Origin: a virus | Direction: 5' to 3' (one strand) | DNA length: 64,000 bases | Virus record (IMG/VR): IMGVR_UViG_3300025913_000030 | Coordinates: 10,705 to 74,704 of that record | Shown: in pieces, positions 45,145 through 55,308 of the stretch | Numbering within the stretch: the stretch's first letter is position 1 | How the letters are laid out: each line of letters opens with the position of its first letter | Made by a program: the position numbers and the translations under genes | Notes under the pieces: model-generated | The model's input: the letters and a program-made list of their open reading frames with translations, nothing else | The model's database searches: none | What the model was told of the DNA's origin: nothing

Positions 45145-45603
45145 TACAGCCCGTGCGGGCGGGTTGATCAGATACAGGCCGGCCCGGAAGAACGCTTCGG
45201 GGTCGTCGCGGCGCCTGCCGATGTCGCGGTTGCAGTTCGAGCAAATCAGTCCTCTTACACACTTGCCGCACGAGGTCTTTCCCGGGCAGCAGCGGTGGTC
45301 GTGGTCGACGGCCAGCTTCCGCGCCTTGCCCGTCGCGACCTGGCACACCGCGCACTTGCCGCCCTGAGCTTCGTACAGCCGCTTGTAGTCGCCGGGCTTC
45401 AACCCGAAGTTCGCACACACCTTGCGCTCGTGTTCACGCTCCCGGCGCTCGGCCACGACACGGCGATGGTGCGTCGCGCACCGCGGCCCGGGGTGCGGAA
45501 CGGCCCGTTTCGTGGCCACCTCTTCGGCGGCGCAGTCCTTGCAGCGTCTCAGTTTCGCGCTGCCGCTGCCCGGATCTTTTCCGCGGTCTTCGACGTCATC
45601 CAC
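45118..45603 (-). CDS. Recombination endonuclease VII
   Basis: QGGKCAVC..LAVDHDH..VRGLICSNCN. Confidence 0.88.
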   Translation of the reverse strand: MDDVEDRGKDPGSGSAKLRRCKDCAAEEVATKRAVPHPGPRCATHHRRVVAERREREHERKVCANFGLKPGDYKRLYEAQGGKCAVCQVATGKARKLAVDHDHRCCPGKTSCGKCVRGLICSNCNRDIGRRRDDPEAFFRAGLYLINPPARAVLTDSHALP

Positions 45604-47429
45604 CGGCTCTCCCCCTTCTCGTCAATCAGGGGGACGGCCGAGGCGGAGATCGGCACGCCGAGGAAGTCGAAGGTCATCGACTTCTCAATGGCCTCTGAAA
45701 CGACAGAGACCCGAGATTCGGGAACCTGGAGAATCAGTTCGTCGTGCACCGGGTACCAGACCATCTCGCTGTAGCCCAGCTCGGCCGCGAAGTAAAACCA
45801 GGCGTCGACCAGGACCTCGCGGGCGCTGCTCTGGATCACGTAGTTCACGTTGGCGTACGTGGCCAGGTCGCCGTTCGCCCAGCGCTTGACCGGGATGCTG
45901 CGCCGGCTGACGGTGCGCACCGCGTCACGGAAATTGCCGAGCTGGCGGGAGAAGTCGGCGACCGCCTGGTAGCGCTCGCGGTGCGCGGCGACGATCCGCT
46001 GGGCGGCCTCCAGCGGGATGTTCGCCTGCTGCGCCAGTGCCTTGCCGCCGCCGCCGTAGACGATCAGGAAGTTCGCCATCTTGCCGATGTCCCGCGAGAT
46101 CTCGATGCCCATCTCGGCCAGCTCGTCGACCGTCAGCTGGTGCAGGTCGCCGCCGGCCAGGATGACGTCGATCATCTTGCGTTCCTGGGCGAGGGCCGCG
46201 GTCACGCGCAGTTCGATCTGGTCGAAGTCCGCGGTCAGCAGCACGTGCCCGGGCTCGGGAAGGAAGCAGCCGCGCATGCGCGGGTCCTTCTTGCTGAAGT
46301 TCTGGAAGTTCGGGCCGGCCGAGGACATGCGGCCGGTGACCGCGCCGATCGTGTTCAGGACCGGGTGCACGCAGCCGTCCGGCGCCAGGTGCTCCCAGAC
46401 TCCCTTGGTCTTGTTCAGCATGTCCTGGTGGCCCTTGAACCGGATCAGCTGCTCGGCCACCGTCCGGCCGTCGTCGTCCAGCTCGTAGTCGAGCAGCAGC
46501 CTGACGTTCTCCTTGGCCAGCGACGGCGCGCCGCCTTCGGTCCTCGCCCCCGGCCACGTGCGCCAGTCGACGCCATGCTCGCCGAGCCAGCCCTGGATCT
46601 TCGGCGAGCGCGCGAGAACGCCGCCGGTCAGCTCCTTGATGACCGCTTCGGCCTCGCCCGTCTCGCGGGCCGCTTCGTCGGTCAGCTCCTGCAGCAGTTC
46701 GCGGTCGACGCGCATGCCGCGCAACCGGATCCGCGCCGCCTGAGCAGTCAGCCAGTTCTCGATGCGCAGCAACTCCGGGGGCGCCTGGGTGAGGGGGACG
46801 AGGATCTCGGCGAGCCTGCGGCAAGCGATCGCGTCGAGGCCGGCGTAGATCAGGTAGGTCGGGTCGTCCTTCGGGATGTTCGCCCAGCCGAAGGCCTCGA
46901 TGTCGGCCTTCTTCGCGTTCTTGCGCCCCGTCCACATTTCGCGGAACCGCGCGTGCAGCAGCTCCTCCCCGGCGAGCACCTGCGGCATCCCGTGCACCGC
47001 CGCCAGCGTCTTGAGGTCCTTGCCGCCGAGGCGGTCATCGGGCGCGGCCATGGCCGCAAGGTTGCGCGTGTCGAGGTTGCGGCCGGTCAGGTCCACGTTC
47101 AACTGCAGCGCGACCGAGATGACGTCCATGTCGGTGTGCGAGCAGAAGGACACGCTCTCGTCGCTGAGCAGGGCGATCGCGGCCTGTTTCTGCTCCTCGT
47201 CCTCCAGGTCCAGGACCCAGGCGTAGCCGGTGGTCGCGAACTGGATCAGGCGCAACCGGAAGCCGGGGTCCCATTGTCCGAGGTCGTTCATGTACGTGCC
47301 CTCGACGTCGAGCCCGTACAGCGCGCCGGCAGGGAACAGGGCCCGGAACACCTTGCGGTCGAACATGCCGGGCTGCGGCGCGTGGACGACGGCCTCGCCC
47401 GCGCCGAGGGGAACGGTGAAGTACTGCAT
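45549..47429 (-). CDS. polA: DNA polymerase, family A, with 3'-5' exonuclease
   Basis: LDVEGT, YAGLD, TGRMSS..PNFQN, ADFDQIELRV, KMANF..YG, VHDEL. Confidence 0.93.
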   Translation of the reverse strand: MQYFTVPLGAGEAVVHAPQPGMFDRKVFRALFPAGALYGLDVEGTYMNDLGQWDPGFRLRLIQFATTGYAWVLDLEDEEQKQAAIALLSDESVSFCSHTDMDVISVALQLNVDLTGRNLDTRNLAAMAAPDDRLGGKDLKTLAAVHGMPQVLAGEELLHARFREMWTGRKNAKKADIEAFGWANIPKDDPTYLIYAGLDAIACRRLAEILVPLTQAPPELLRIENWLTAQAARIRLRGMRVDRELLQELTDEAARETGEAEAVIKELTGGVLARSPKIQGWLGEHGVDWRTWPGARTEGGAPSLAKENVRLLLDYELDDDGRTVAEQLIRFKGHQDMLNKTKGVWEHLAPDGCVHPVLNTIGAVTGRMSSAGPNFQNFSKKDPRMRGCFLPEPGHVLLTADFDQIELRVTAALAQERKMIDVILAGGDLHQLTVDELAEMGIEISRDIGKMANFLIVYGGGGKALAQQANIPLEAAQRIVAAHRERYQAVADFSRQLGNFRDAVRTVSRRSIPVKRWANGDLATYANVNYVIQSSAREVLVDAWFYFAAELGYSEMVWYPVHDELILQVPESRVSVVSEAIEKSMTFDFLGVPISASAVPLIDEKGESRWMTSKTAEKIRAAAARN

Positions 47430-50098
47430 CACGGGCTCCGCATCAGCGTGTCGGGATGGCAGGTGGCGCAGCGGTAGATGATCCCGGCGGGCGGCACGGG
47501 AGTCTCGACGCCGTCGCAGGTCTCGCATTCGATCGGCGGCAACTTCACGGCCAGGTGCGTGAGATGGTCAACGGGTACGAAGTCCGGTCCGGCCCGCGTC
47601 TGGTCTCCTAATCTGGGATCGGTTAGGAGGTCGCTGGGAGCTTGCGGGGTCTGTTCGATGGCGATCTGCGCGGTCGGTGTCTGCTCGAGCAGTTGGGTGA
47701 CCGTCATCCCGGGTGCAACCGAGGGGCCTGTTTCGTTGGGATCAGCCGGCTCGGGTCCAACAGAACTTGCACCCGGTGCAGGTTCGGGCCCGGAGCCTGC
47801 AGTAGGTTCGGCGAACGGGTCGCTGTTCTGCTGCGGCCCGCTGATCGCCCACTTCGTGACGCGACCGTGCCCGGTCTCGTCGGTCTTGCGCAGCGTATGT
47901 CCGTCCATCGACCGGTCGCGCATGCGGGCGTAGGCGAGGCCGAGCTGCCGCGGGTAGCTCTTGCCCGAGGTGTCCTCCAGGCCGGGCGGATGCTCGGCGA
48001 CGGGGTCGCGGTCCAGGGCCTTGATGACATCCCCGGTCGTGAAGAACTTGTCCTTGAAGCTCTCGCGCAGCCACCGCAGGTGGTCGGTCCAGTGCGCCTT
48101 CTCGAAATCGGACTCGGAACGCCAGGCCTTGACGTTGGACAGGAACCCGGGGACGCCCGCGTGGGCGAGGATCCCGGCGACCATCTTCTGCCAGAGCTCG
48201 AAACTGCCCATGGACTCGATCGGCACGCGCGGGCAGCCGGCCGAGAACCAGGCCCGCACCAGTGTCAGGCAGGCGCTCACGAGCTGCGCGCGGTTGCCGG
48301 TCGCCCACTCGCGCAGGTCCGGGTGCTTGAACTCGGACTCCGGCCGGTTCTCCGGGTTCGAACCCGGATACGAGAGCGCGATCCGGTAGCAGCGCCGCCC
48401 CATGTCGCCCGCGATCTGCACCTGGTTGCCCAGGCTCATCCACGTGATCCTGTTGGGGAACTCCACCAGGTTGGAGACGCCCAGGACGCGGTCCTGGTAG
48501 GTGATCGAGGTCAGGGCCCGTGCGAACGACGGACCGTCGAGCTTGTGCGCCTCGTCGAACACGAACATCTCCGCTCCGGAGCGGAACGCGCTCGTGATGA
48601 CCTTGCGCTGCTCGGCGTCGTCGGTCGTGTATGGCAGCGGTTGCGCGGGCCGTCCCGTAGCGACGATCGAGACGACGTCGGCGAGCAGGTTCTTGCCCGA
48701 TCCGGCTTCCTTCCCGTCGACCACGGCGAGCGGAACGAGCGGCACCAGGCCGCGGATGAACGGGGTGAGCAGCAGGGCGAGGGCGGCGGACCGGCTCGCG
48801 TCGTCGGGGAAGGGGAAGCCCTGCAGCAGGTCGCCGAAGATCAGTGACTTGGCCGCCTCGACCTGCTCTGCGGTCGGATCCTCGGGAACGCTCACGCCGC
48901 TCAGATCGTCGCCGAGGACCAGATAGGTGCTGGTGCGCTCGTCGTAGCCGGGCTCCTGCACTACGGAGCCGTCGGCGCGCAGGTACGGGACGCGGCTGAT
49001 GCGCTCGAGCCTGGCGAACTCGCTGGGCTCCGACATCACCGCACCGATCGTGCGCTCGTCCGGCCACGCGTCCACGTCGGTGTACTCGCCCTCGCTCCCG
49101 CTGCGCGCGACGGTGCGCGCGGTCTCGGCGATCAGGCGGGCGAAGGCGTCCTTGGTCAGCGGATCGGTGCTCGCCTCCCGGCGCAGGGTCGGGATGCCGC
49201 CGTAGTTGAACAGCCGCGTCCCGCTCCAGCGGTCTTTCAGCGCGGCGGTCAGCTCCGTGATGACCTTGAGCTTGTCACCGTTGACGACGAGGACCGGACG
49301 GCCGTCGTCCGAGGCGACCGGGGAGGAGGCGCGGCGCAGCGCCTTCGGCTTGGCGTCGGCGGGCCGCGCGGCCTTCACCCCCGCCTTGGCCGTCTTCTCG
49401 ATCATGTTGGCGAGCATCGCGGCGCGCCGCTCACGGGGCTGGGCGCCGAGCACGTCGTCGAGGCCGGCCTTCTTCCCGGCCGACAGGCGCACGAACCTCA
49501 CGCTCGCGGCGCCCTGGTCGGTTAGGGCGCCGAGCAGCGAGAGGCCGGCGTTGTAGACCTCGAGGTTGCTCGCGGCGTCGGCGTCGAGGATCACGAACAC
49601 GTCGCGGTCCTCGGCGACCGCCAGGTGCGGGGTGGGCACGCCGTCCTCGGACCACATGCGGCAGCCGCCGATGCCGTACACCGCGGTGTCCGGCGGCGCG
49701 TAGGAGGCCGCGGCGAGTGTCTGCTTCGTGCCTTCGACGATCAGCATGCGGGTCGCGCCCTCGACCGGGCGTGCGGCCCAGAGTTTCGCCGCGGCGTCCT
49801 TGCCCCACAGGTATTTGGCGGGCCGCCCGGACGCGTCCCTGATGCGGCCGTCGGGTACGCGCAACTGACGGCGCACGGTGCCGTCAGGCTCGGTCCAGGG
49901 GTAGAGGAGGGCGGGCAGCGCGTTCTCGCCGTGGTGGGCGAATTCCTCGGGCAACTCTTCGACAGCGCTGATGCTGCGTACGCCGTGCTGCGCCGCGACT
50001 GCGGGCTCGATGCCGTGTCCGTGCAGGTACGCAGCGTGTTCGGGAGCGATCGGCAGGGATTCCCAGCCTGGCTCGATCTCACCCGGAGACACTGGCAC
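47429..50098 (-). CDS. Primase/helicase-like replication protein (TOPRIM plus NTPase)
   Basis: IVEGTKQ, ILDAD, GLDD; GSGKNLL Walker A; DRVLGVS. Confidence 0.8.
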   Translation of the reverse strand: MPVSPGEIEPGWESLPIAPEHAAYLHGHGIEPAVAAQHGVRSISAVEELPEEFAHHGENALPALLYPWTEPDGTVRRQLRVPDGRIRDASGRPAKYLWGKDAAAKLWAARPVEGATRMLIVEGTKQTLAAASYAPPDTAVYGIGGCRMWSEDGVPTPHLAVAEDRDVFVILDADAASNLEVYNAGLSLLGALTDQGAASVRFVRLSAGKKAGLDDVLGAQPRERRAAMLANMIEKTAKAGVKAARPADAKPKALRRASSPVASDDGRPVLVVNGDKLKVITELTAALKDRWSGTRLFNYGGIPTLRREASTDPLTKDAFARLIAETARTVARSGSEGEYTDVDAWPDERTIGAVMSEPSEFARLERISRVPYLRADGSVVQEPGYDERTSTYLVLGDDLSGVSVPEDPTAEQVEAAKSLIFGDLLQGFPFPDDASRSAALALLLTPFIRGLVPLVPLAVVDGKEAGSGKNLLADVVSIVATGRPAQPLPYTTDDAEQRKVITSAFRSGAEMFVFDEAHKLDGPSFARALTSITYQDRVLGVSNLVEFPNRITWMSLGNQVQIAGDMGRRCYRIALSYPGSNPENRPESEFKHPDLREWATGNRAQLVSACLTLVRAWFSAGCPRVPIESMGSFELWQKMVAGILAHAGVPGFLSNVKAWRSESDFEKAHWTDHLRWLRESFKDKFFTTGDVIKALDRDPVAEHPPGLEDTSGKSYPRQLGLAYARMRDRSMDGHTLRKTDETGHGRVTKWAISGPQQNSDPFAEPTAGSGPEPAPGASSVGPEPADPNETGPSVAPGMTVTQLLEQTPTAQIAIEQTPQAPSDLLTDPRLGDQTRAGPDFVPVDHLTHLAVKLPPIECETCDGVETPVPPAGIIYRCATCHPDTLMRSP

Positions 50099-50158
50099 CT
50101 CGCATCACGCTGGCCCGGTGCTTGCGCTTCGGGCGGGGACGGTCTTGGATCGGATGCG

Positions 50159-50191
50159 GCACCCCCGCCCAGGTCAGATGGGCGGGGGTGC
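50159..50191 (-). terminator. Hairpin terminator
   Basis: GCACCCCCGCCC...GGGCGGGGGTGC. Confidence 0.6.
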
Positions 50192-50209
50192 TTCACGCGG
50201 GGGTGCCGA

Positions 50210-50611
50210 TCAGGCGAAGGGGTCCTTCGGCGCGGTCGCCTTGGCCAGGTAGTCGCGGGCGAGCTGCTTGTCCGCGTCGGTCGGGGCGTTGGGCACCCAC
50301 ACCGGCTTGCCCTCCGCGTCCTTCTTGTTCGGCACGGTGCCGATGCGGGCGAGGAGCATGCCGCGCTCCTTGCCGATGCGGCTGCTGAGCTCGGACACGA
50401 AGATCTTCTGGAAGATCCTCACCGAGTCGTGCTTCTCTCCCGCGTTCGGGCCGTCGAGCACGACGACGTCGGTCGAGACCGCGTCGCTCTTGCCGTACTT
50501 GGTCTCCACGTCCTTCAACAGCTCCTGGGGCGTGAAGAGCACCAGGCAGTCCTTGAAGTCCGCGAGCTTGGTCCCGCCCGACGGGGCGGCGAACGGGTCG
50601 GTGACGGTCAC
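50210..50611 (-). CDS. Putative ssDNA-binding protein
   Basis: 133 aa beta-rich, TKYG..DVVVLDG, DPFA termini; in replication module. Confidence 0.5.
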   Translation of the reverse strand: MTVTDPFAAPSGGTKLADFKDCLVLFTPQELLKDVETKYGKSDAVSTDVVVLDGPNAGEKHDSVRIFQKIFVSELSSRIGKERGMLLARIGTVPNKKDAEGKPVWVPNAPTDADKQLARDYLAKATAPKDPFA

Positions 50612-50691
50612 CGTGTGTCTCCTGTCTCTTGTATTCAGTACTGTATGTAAGTGTTATTACATACGGGCGATTGACTACGATATCGCCCGAT

Positions 50692-51750
50692 TCACACCAG
50701 CGCCAGTTCCGCCTGTCGCTGCTTGCCGAGCTTCTCCAGCTCGGAAGTCCATTCGCCCTTCGCGTTCGCCTTCTGCCAGACCGCGGACAGGTCCGCCTTG
50801 CTGCGCGCGGCCGAGATCAGGTCCCTGTACGTCGGCTCGGCGACGGGCGCCGGGGACGGTCCGCCGAGAGCCACCGCACCGGCCAGCGCCCGGCGCTTAC
50901 GCCATGCGCGCACCTGCTCGCACATCGCGGCGGCCTCCCAGCCGGCCTCGATGTCCACCGCGTAGAGCGTCGCCTTCGCCTGACCCACCGGCAGATGGAT
51001 GACCAGCGCGGTGCGCCGGTCGACTGGCGGCATCTGCTCCCAGGCTTGCGCCGAGCCGTTCCAGATCCCGTCGGCGTGCGCGTACAGCGCGAGCTGGATC
51101 GCGATCTCGTTCCAGCCGTACTGCAGGTCCTTGCCGGTCTTCAGGTCCGCGACCAGCCACGTCCCCACGGGCAGGTGCAGCGGGTCGCGGCCCGGGCGCT
51201 CCATCACCAGCGGCTTGGACAGGCAGGTGAGCCGGTCGAAGGTCCCTGCGACCTCGAACTGCTTGACGACGACGATCCGTTCGATGTGCGCGGGGTCGTA
51301 GGTCAGACCCGCCTCGACCACGGCCTGCTGGTAGGCGACGATGTCCCTGTCCCAGGGCTCGGGCACGCTCGGCGTCTCGCCCCGGTCGATCTGCTCGGTG
51401 AAGGCGTGCAGCGCGGTGCCGAGCGAGGCGCGCGACTTGCTGCCGGCCGCGGTCTTCGCGTCCTCGGCGATCTGGTTGAGCTTGTCCTTGTCCTCCAGCG
51501 GCGTTGCCGCGGCGAGGGCGTAGAGGTCCGGACGGATCGTCAGGCCCTTGGCGACCATGCGGTCGCCCCACTGGGAGAGGGCGAAGGTGTCGCTGATCGA
51601 CTTGGCGAAGGTGGTCGCCCGGGTGTGTCCGGTCTCCCTGCCCTTCGGATTGTCCAGCGGCGGCAGCAGGTAGCGGCCCCATCTGTCACGCTTCGGCTCG
51701 AACGGATCGACGGCCTTCTGCCCCTCGGCTGCGGTAAACGGATCGGTCAC
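50692..51750 (-). CDS. PD-(D/E)XK (Cas4/RecB-like) exonuclease
   Basis: RDRWGRY, GTALH, AGTFDRL, ADLKTG, IQLALYA. Confidence 0.85.
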   Translation of the reverse strand: MTDPFTAAEGQKAVDPFEPKRDRWGRYLLPPLDNPKGRETGHTRATTFAKSISDTFALSQWGDRMVAKGLTIRPDLYALAAATPLEDKDKLNQIAEDAKTAAGSKSRASLGTALHAFTEQIDRGETPSVPEPWDRDIVAYQQAVVEAGLTYDPAHIERIVVVKQFEVAGTFDRLTCLSKPLVMERPGRDPLHLPVGTWLVADLKTGKDLQYGWNEIAIQLALYAHADGIWNGSAQAWEQMPPVDRRTALVIHLPVGQAKATLYAVDIEAGWEAAAMCEQVRAWRKRRALAGAVALGGPSPAPVAEPTYRDLISAARSKADLSAVWQKANAKGEWTSELEKLGKQRQAELALV

Positions 51751-52016
51751 AGTGTTCCCTTCTCAGCATTCTTCGACTTGCGTTTCGCGCAGAAGTCGGC
51801 GGTCGCCTGAAGCACCACGCGCACGTGGTCGTCGGCCGGGTTGTCGACCACGTCGGCGAGGAGCCAGACCAGGTGCTTGACGACGTAGGAGCGGTTTCGC
51901 CCACTGGAGTCGAGGACGACGGACGCGCCGACCGGCGGAACGGGGATGCCGTAGAAGTTGATCTCCCGCTGCGGCGTGGCCCCGGCCGCGGGAAGGAGCA
52001 TCGCGACGCGCATCAC
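51747..52016 (-). CDS. Hypothetical protein
   Basis: Coupled ORF. Confidence 0.55.
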   Translation of the reverse strand: MMRVAMLLPAAGATPQREINFYGIPVPPVGASVVLDSSGRNRSYVVKHLVWLLADVVDNPADDHVRVVLQATADFCAKRKSKNAEKGTL

Positions 52017-53635
52017 GCCGACACCGCCCGGTCAAGGATCTTCGATGCGTGATGGATCGAGATCTGATTCGACAGCTCGTTCTTGCTCAACGGTTGGCCG
52101 AGCGGGTCGTTGATCTGCAACCCGAGCCGCACCGCGTGACCGACCTGTGCCTCGCTCGGCCTGGCCTTCTTGGTGCGCCAGCTCGCGGTGCGGGAGGCCA
52201 CCATCGGGTCCTCCTCCTCGGCGAACTGCTCGGCCCAGGACATCGCCAGGTCCAGCGGTAGCCCGTCCATCAGCCACTGGCCGCCCGAGGCGCTGTACAC
52301 CCCGCACTTGCCGATCTTGTAGGTGCCGTCCTCGCCGTCGGGCCAGAGGAAGTAGGTGTGCTCGCGGGTCGGGACGAACCACACCCCCTTGCGCGTCTGC
52401 AACCAGGCCGCGTGCGACTGCTGGAAGAGGTCGACCTCGCGGGTCGCCAGGTTCGCCAGCCTTATGAGGCTGGCCGTCTCGAGGTCCTTGCGTTCACGCG
52501 CATCGCGCTCGATTGCCTCGGCCAGCGACTCCCCGTCGCCCGGCTGCACTCCGGTCTCGGTCAGGTCGACGATCGAGCGCAGCCCCATGCGCGAGGTGAC
52601 GCCGACGACGTCGAGCAGCAGCGCGTCCTTCTTGCCGGGGTGGGTGCGCAGCACCCGGCCGGCCATCTGGATGTACAGGCCCTGCGACTGGGTGGGCCGG
52701 GCGATGACGCCGCAGGAGAGCTGCGGCATGTCGAAGCCCTCGGTTAGCACCATGCAGTTGGACAGGACCTGCGTGTCGCCGTGCCGGACCCGCTTGTAGA
52801 TCAGCGCGCGGTCTTCCAACGGCGTCGAGCCGGTCACGGTCTCGGCCGGGATGCCGGCGGCCGTCAGCTCCTGCGCGAACGCCTCGGCGCTGGCCACGGT
52901 CGGGGCAAACAGCACGCCCTGGCGGTCCGCGGCATGTTCCTTGTACGCCTGCGCGATCGCCTCCCCGGCGCCGCTGGCGAGCATCGCGTCGCCCAGGGCG
53001 CCGTCCTGGTAGTCGCCGCGCGTACGGGCGACCGAGGCGAGGTCGAGCCCTTCGACCTCGACGGCCTTGCCGCGCACGTCGACCAGGAAGCCCTCGCGGA
53101 TGCCGAACAGGACATCGCGCTTGAACACGACGTCCTGCCACACATCGCCGAGCCCGCGCGTGTCCGAGCGCACCATCGTCGCGGTCACGCCCAGCGCCCG
53201 GGTGTCCCGGAAGCAGCCGTAGTGCTCCAGCACCTCGAGATACGAGCGGGCCGCGGCGTGGTGGCACTCGTCCACGATCACGAGCGTGACGCCGCGCAGC
53301 TCCTCGCGGCGCTTGGCCCGGGCGAGCGTCTGCACCGAGCCGACGACGACCTGCGCGTCCACTTCCCGGTGCTCGGCCTTCACGAGGCCGACCTGCAGTT
53401 CGGGGTCGAAGGCACGGACCGTGGAACGGGCCTGCTGGGCGAGCTCGTCGCGGTGCACCAGGATCAGCACCTTGCCGCCGCGGTCCACCTCTCGGTGCGC
53501 GAGCGCGGTGAAGGTGCGCGACTTGCCCAGGCCCGTCGCCATGACGATGGCCGGACGCAGTATGCCTTCCGACCACGCCTTCTCGACGGCGTCCACCGCC
53601 GCCTGCTGATAATTTCTGAGGCTCAAAGTCCGCAT
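52013..53635 (-). CDS. DEAD/DEAH-box SF2 helicase
   Basis: LRNYQ, ATGLGKS, DECHH, TAT, LTEGFD, QMAGRVLR. Confidence 0.92.
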   Translation of the reverse strand: MRTLSLRNYQQAAVDAVEKAWSEGILRPAIVMATGLGKSRTFTALAHREVDRGGKVLILVHRDELAQQARSTVRAFDPELQVGLVKAEHREVDAQVVVGSVQTLARAKRREELRGVTLVIVDECHHAAARSYLEVLEHYGCFRDTRALGVTATMVRSDTRGLGDVWQDVVFKRDVLFGIREGFLVDVRGKAVEVEGLDLASVARTRGDYQDGALGDAMLASGAGEAIAQAYKEHAADRQGVLFAPTVASAEAFAQELTAAGIPAETVTGSTPLEDRALIYKRVRHGDTQVLSNCMVLTEGFDMPQLSCGVIARPTQSQGLYIQMAGRVLRTHPGKKDALLLDVVGVTSRMGLRSIVDLTETGVQPGDGESLAEAIERDARERKDLETASLIRLANLATREVDLFQQSHAAWLQTRKGVWFVPTREHTYFLWPDGEDGTYKIGKCGVYSASGGQWLMDGLPLDLAMSWAEQFAEEEDPMVASRTASWRTKKARPSEAQVGHAVRLGLQINDPLGQPLSKNELSNQISIHHASKILDRAVSA

Positions 53636-54123
53636 TAGACGTGCCCCCAACTCTTACGGCGAACGATGCTGGAAGTGTGACCTTCTGAGATTCCGTACTC
53701 TGCCGCCAGAGATTTGAGTGTCACGTCTCCACAGGCGTACTTCTCCCTGATTTCCTTGACACTCTGCACCGTCAACCTTGCTCGAGGGTGCTGTTCACCT
53801 TGCACTCCCCGGCCGTGATTGACCTTGTCAGCTTCATTTTCTTTGGGCGTCGCCCATCGCAAATTACTGGCACTGTTGTTGAGAGGGTCTCCGTCGGCGT
53901 GCGCCGCATGAGTACCGAGTGGTCGTGGTCCGTGGAACGTCTCACAAACCAGAGCGTGCACCCCGTGCTGGGACCAGACCCCTTCTTGGTAGATAGTCAC
54001 TCGGAGATACCCAGCACGGTCCGGAAAAGGCTTGAGCACCTTTCCCGAAGGACCAACGATCGTGCCGTCGTCCCCGATCAGAACCCGGGGGTATCTCGGT
54101 GATGGAACAAGGACACGGGGCAT
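53635..54123 (-). CDS. HNH homing endonuclease
   Basis: GYLRV, VHALVCETFHG, HADGDPLNNSASNLRWAT..N; lower GC than neighbours. Confidence 0.88.
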   Translation of the reverse strand: MPRVLVPSPRYPRVLIGDDGTIVGPSGKVLKPFPDRAGYLRVTIYQEGVWSQHGVHALVCETFHGPRPLGTHAAHADGDPLNNSASNLRWATPKENEADKVNHGRGVQGEQHPRARLTVQSVKEIREKYACGDVTLKSLAAEYGISEGHTSSIVRRKSWGHV

Positions 54124-54153
54124 GAAAGAAACCTGATTCAGTCGGGATCAGAG

Positions 54154-54252
54154 CGGCCACAGCGGGAGTCGAACCCGCTTGAGAACGGAGCGGTTAAGTC
54201 GCTTGTGCCTCGGTTCGGAAGGGGTCGCATCCGAACCGTCCGGGCCATGGCC
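54154..54252 (-). ncRNA. Atypical tRNA-like RNA
   Basis: Acceptor GGCCATG/TGTGGCC, perfect T arm GCGGG-TTCGACT-CCCGC, AGCG-ACTTAAC-CGCT hairpin, oversized D-region hairpin. Confidence 0.55.
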
Positions 54253-54288
54253 TACCGGCGGTAACCGGGGAAGATTCCGCCATGGACA

Positions 54289-54318
54289 AGCCTAGGCAAG
54301 TACGTGACTATCTGTCAA
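54289..54318 (-). promoter_or_regulatory. Promoter plus operator upstream of tRNA-like RNA and replication operon
   Basis: TTGACA-18-TAGGCT containing GATAGTCAC. Confidence 0.8.
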
Positions 54319-54321
54319 GAC

Positions 54322-54942
54322 TCAGTGAACGCCGATCAGCAGGCTGACAGCGGCGATCGCGACGAGGACCCAGGAACCGGCGCCGCGGGGCCAGCTTCCA
54401 CGCGTGCGCCGCCGCATCGACGGGCGGCCGGCGGACTGCTGCGGCTCCTCGTTCCGGATCGCCGGCAGTACCTCGGTCTGCTCCGCGGAGCCGGGGACGC
54501 GCCGCGGAAGCTGGTGCGTCGGAACCGGGAAGTCTTTCGGGGGAAGGGACGGGCGCACCACTGCCGGCTGCAGGTTCTCCGGCGCTCCCGGCTCGCGGCT
54601 GCGGATCTCCGCCTCCCGCTCGGCCGGACTCTCCGGCGTCCAGGCCGCCTTCGGCGCCTCGGCGTGGTCGACGACGTCTTGCGACGGGCGCGCCCGTCGC
54701 GGCTGGGCCGCGCGCTGCTGCGGCTCGGCCACCTCGTCGCCCTGCTCCCCGAGGTGGTGGTAGCTCATCCACATGCCGGGCGCGTACTCGGCGACCGGGT
54801 GGCGTTTCGCCTGCTGCCGCGTCGACCACCGCCAGATTTTGAGCGTGCCGTCCACGTTGACCGCGTACGCGTCCTCGAACACCTTCGGGACGTCCGGACC
54901 GGTGAACACGTGGACGTCGCTTCGGCCCTCGAACTCCTGCAT
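54322..54942 (-). CDS. Hypothetical protein with C-terminal TM anchor
   Basis: RBS GAAAAGG; Pro-rich linker; hydrophobic C-terminus. Confidence 0.6.
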   Translation of the reverse strand: MQEFEGRSDVHVFTGPDVPKVFEDAYAVNVDGTLKIWRWSTRQQAKRHPVAEYAPGMWMSYHHLGEQGDEVAEPQQRAAQPRRARPSQDVVDHAEAPKAAWTPESPAEREAEIRSREPGAPENLQPAVVRPSLPPKDFPVPTHQLPRRVPGSAEQTEVLPAIRNEEPQQSAGRPSMRRRTRGSWPRGAGSWVLVAIAAVSLLIGVH

Positions 54943-54944
54943 AT

Positions 54945-55203
54945 CAATACCTTTTCTCACATCGGGTCTCACGGAATGGAAAATTTGTGACGGACATGAC
55001 CGGACATCGATCGTGATGAGCGGACCTGAGAATGCCCACAAATAGGACAAAGACGAAGAATGCTTGACATGAGATCAGCTTCGCGGCGCGCCGATCCTGT
55101 TACCAAGAGCCTGCTTATCCTGGTAGAGCGACTACCCGGCTCCCGCCGCGACCGACTTCACGATCTTCCTTTCACATTTTCTCACAAACAGTTATTGATC
55201 TTG
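54945..55203. other. Putative attP region
   Basis: AT-rich intergenic region near the integrase; repeats TTTTCTCACA at 54952 and 55177 plus TCAC/GTGA variants. Confidence 0.45.
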
Positions 55204-55308
55204 CTAGTTTCCGCTCACGACGTACGCGATCGTGACGCCGACGAGCACCAGGACGAGGGCGGCGAGCAGGCCGACCGCGACGTACATGGTCCGGTCCGGG
55301 CGGCTCAT
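55204..55308 (-). CDS. 34-aa membrane microprotein
   Basis: MSRPDRTMYVAVGLLAALVLVLGVTIAYVVSGN; ATGA-coupled. Confidence 0.5.
   Translation of the reverse strand: MSRPDRTMYVAVGLLAALVLVLVGVTIAYVVSGN

Noticed and set aside
50692-51750. Cas4-like gene as part of a CRISPR system
   Set aside because: Stand-alone phage exonuclease in the replication module; no cas1, cas2 or array
55095-55130. CAAGAGCCTGCTTAT resembling an RNase P or tRNA 3' end as att core
   Set aside because: Similarity too weak to assign without a host search
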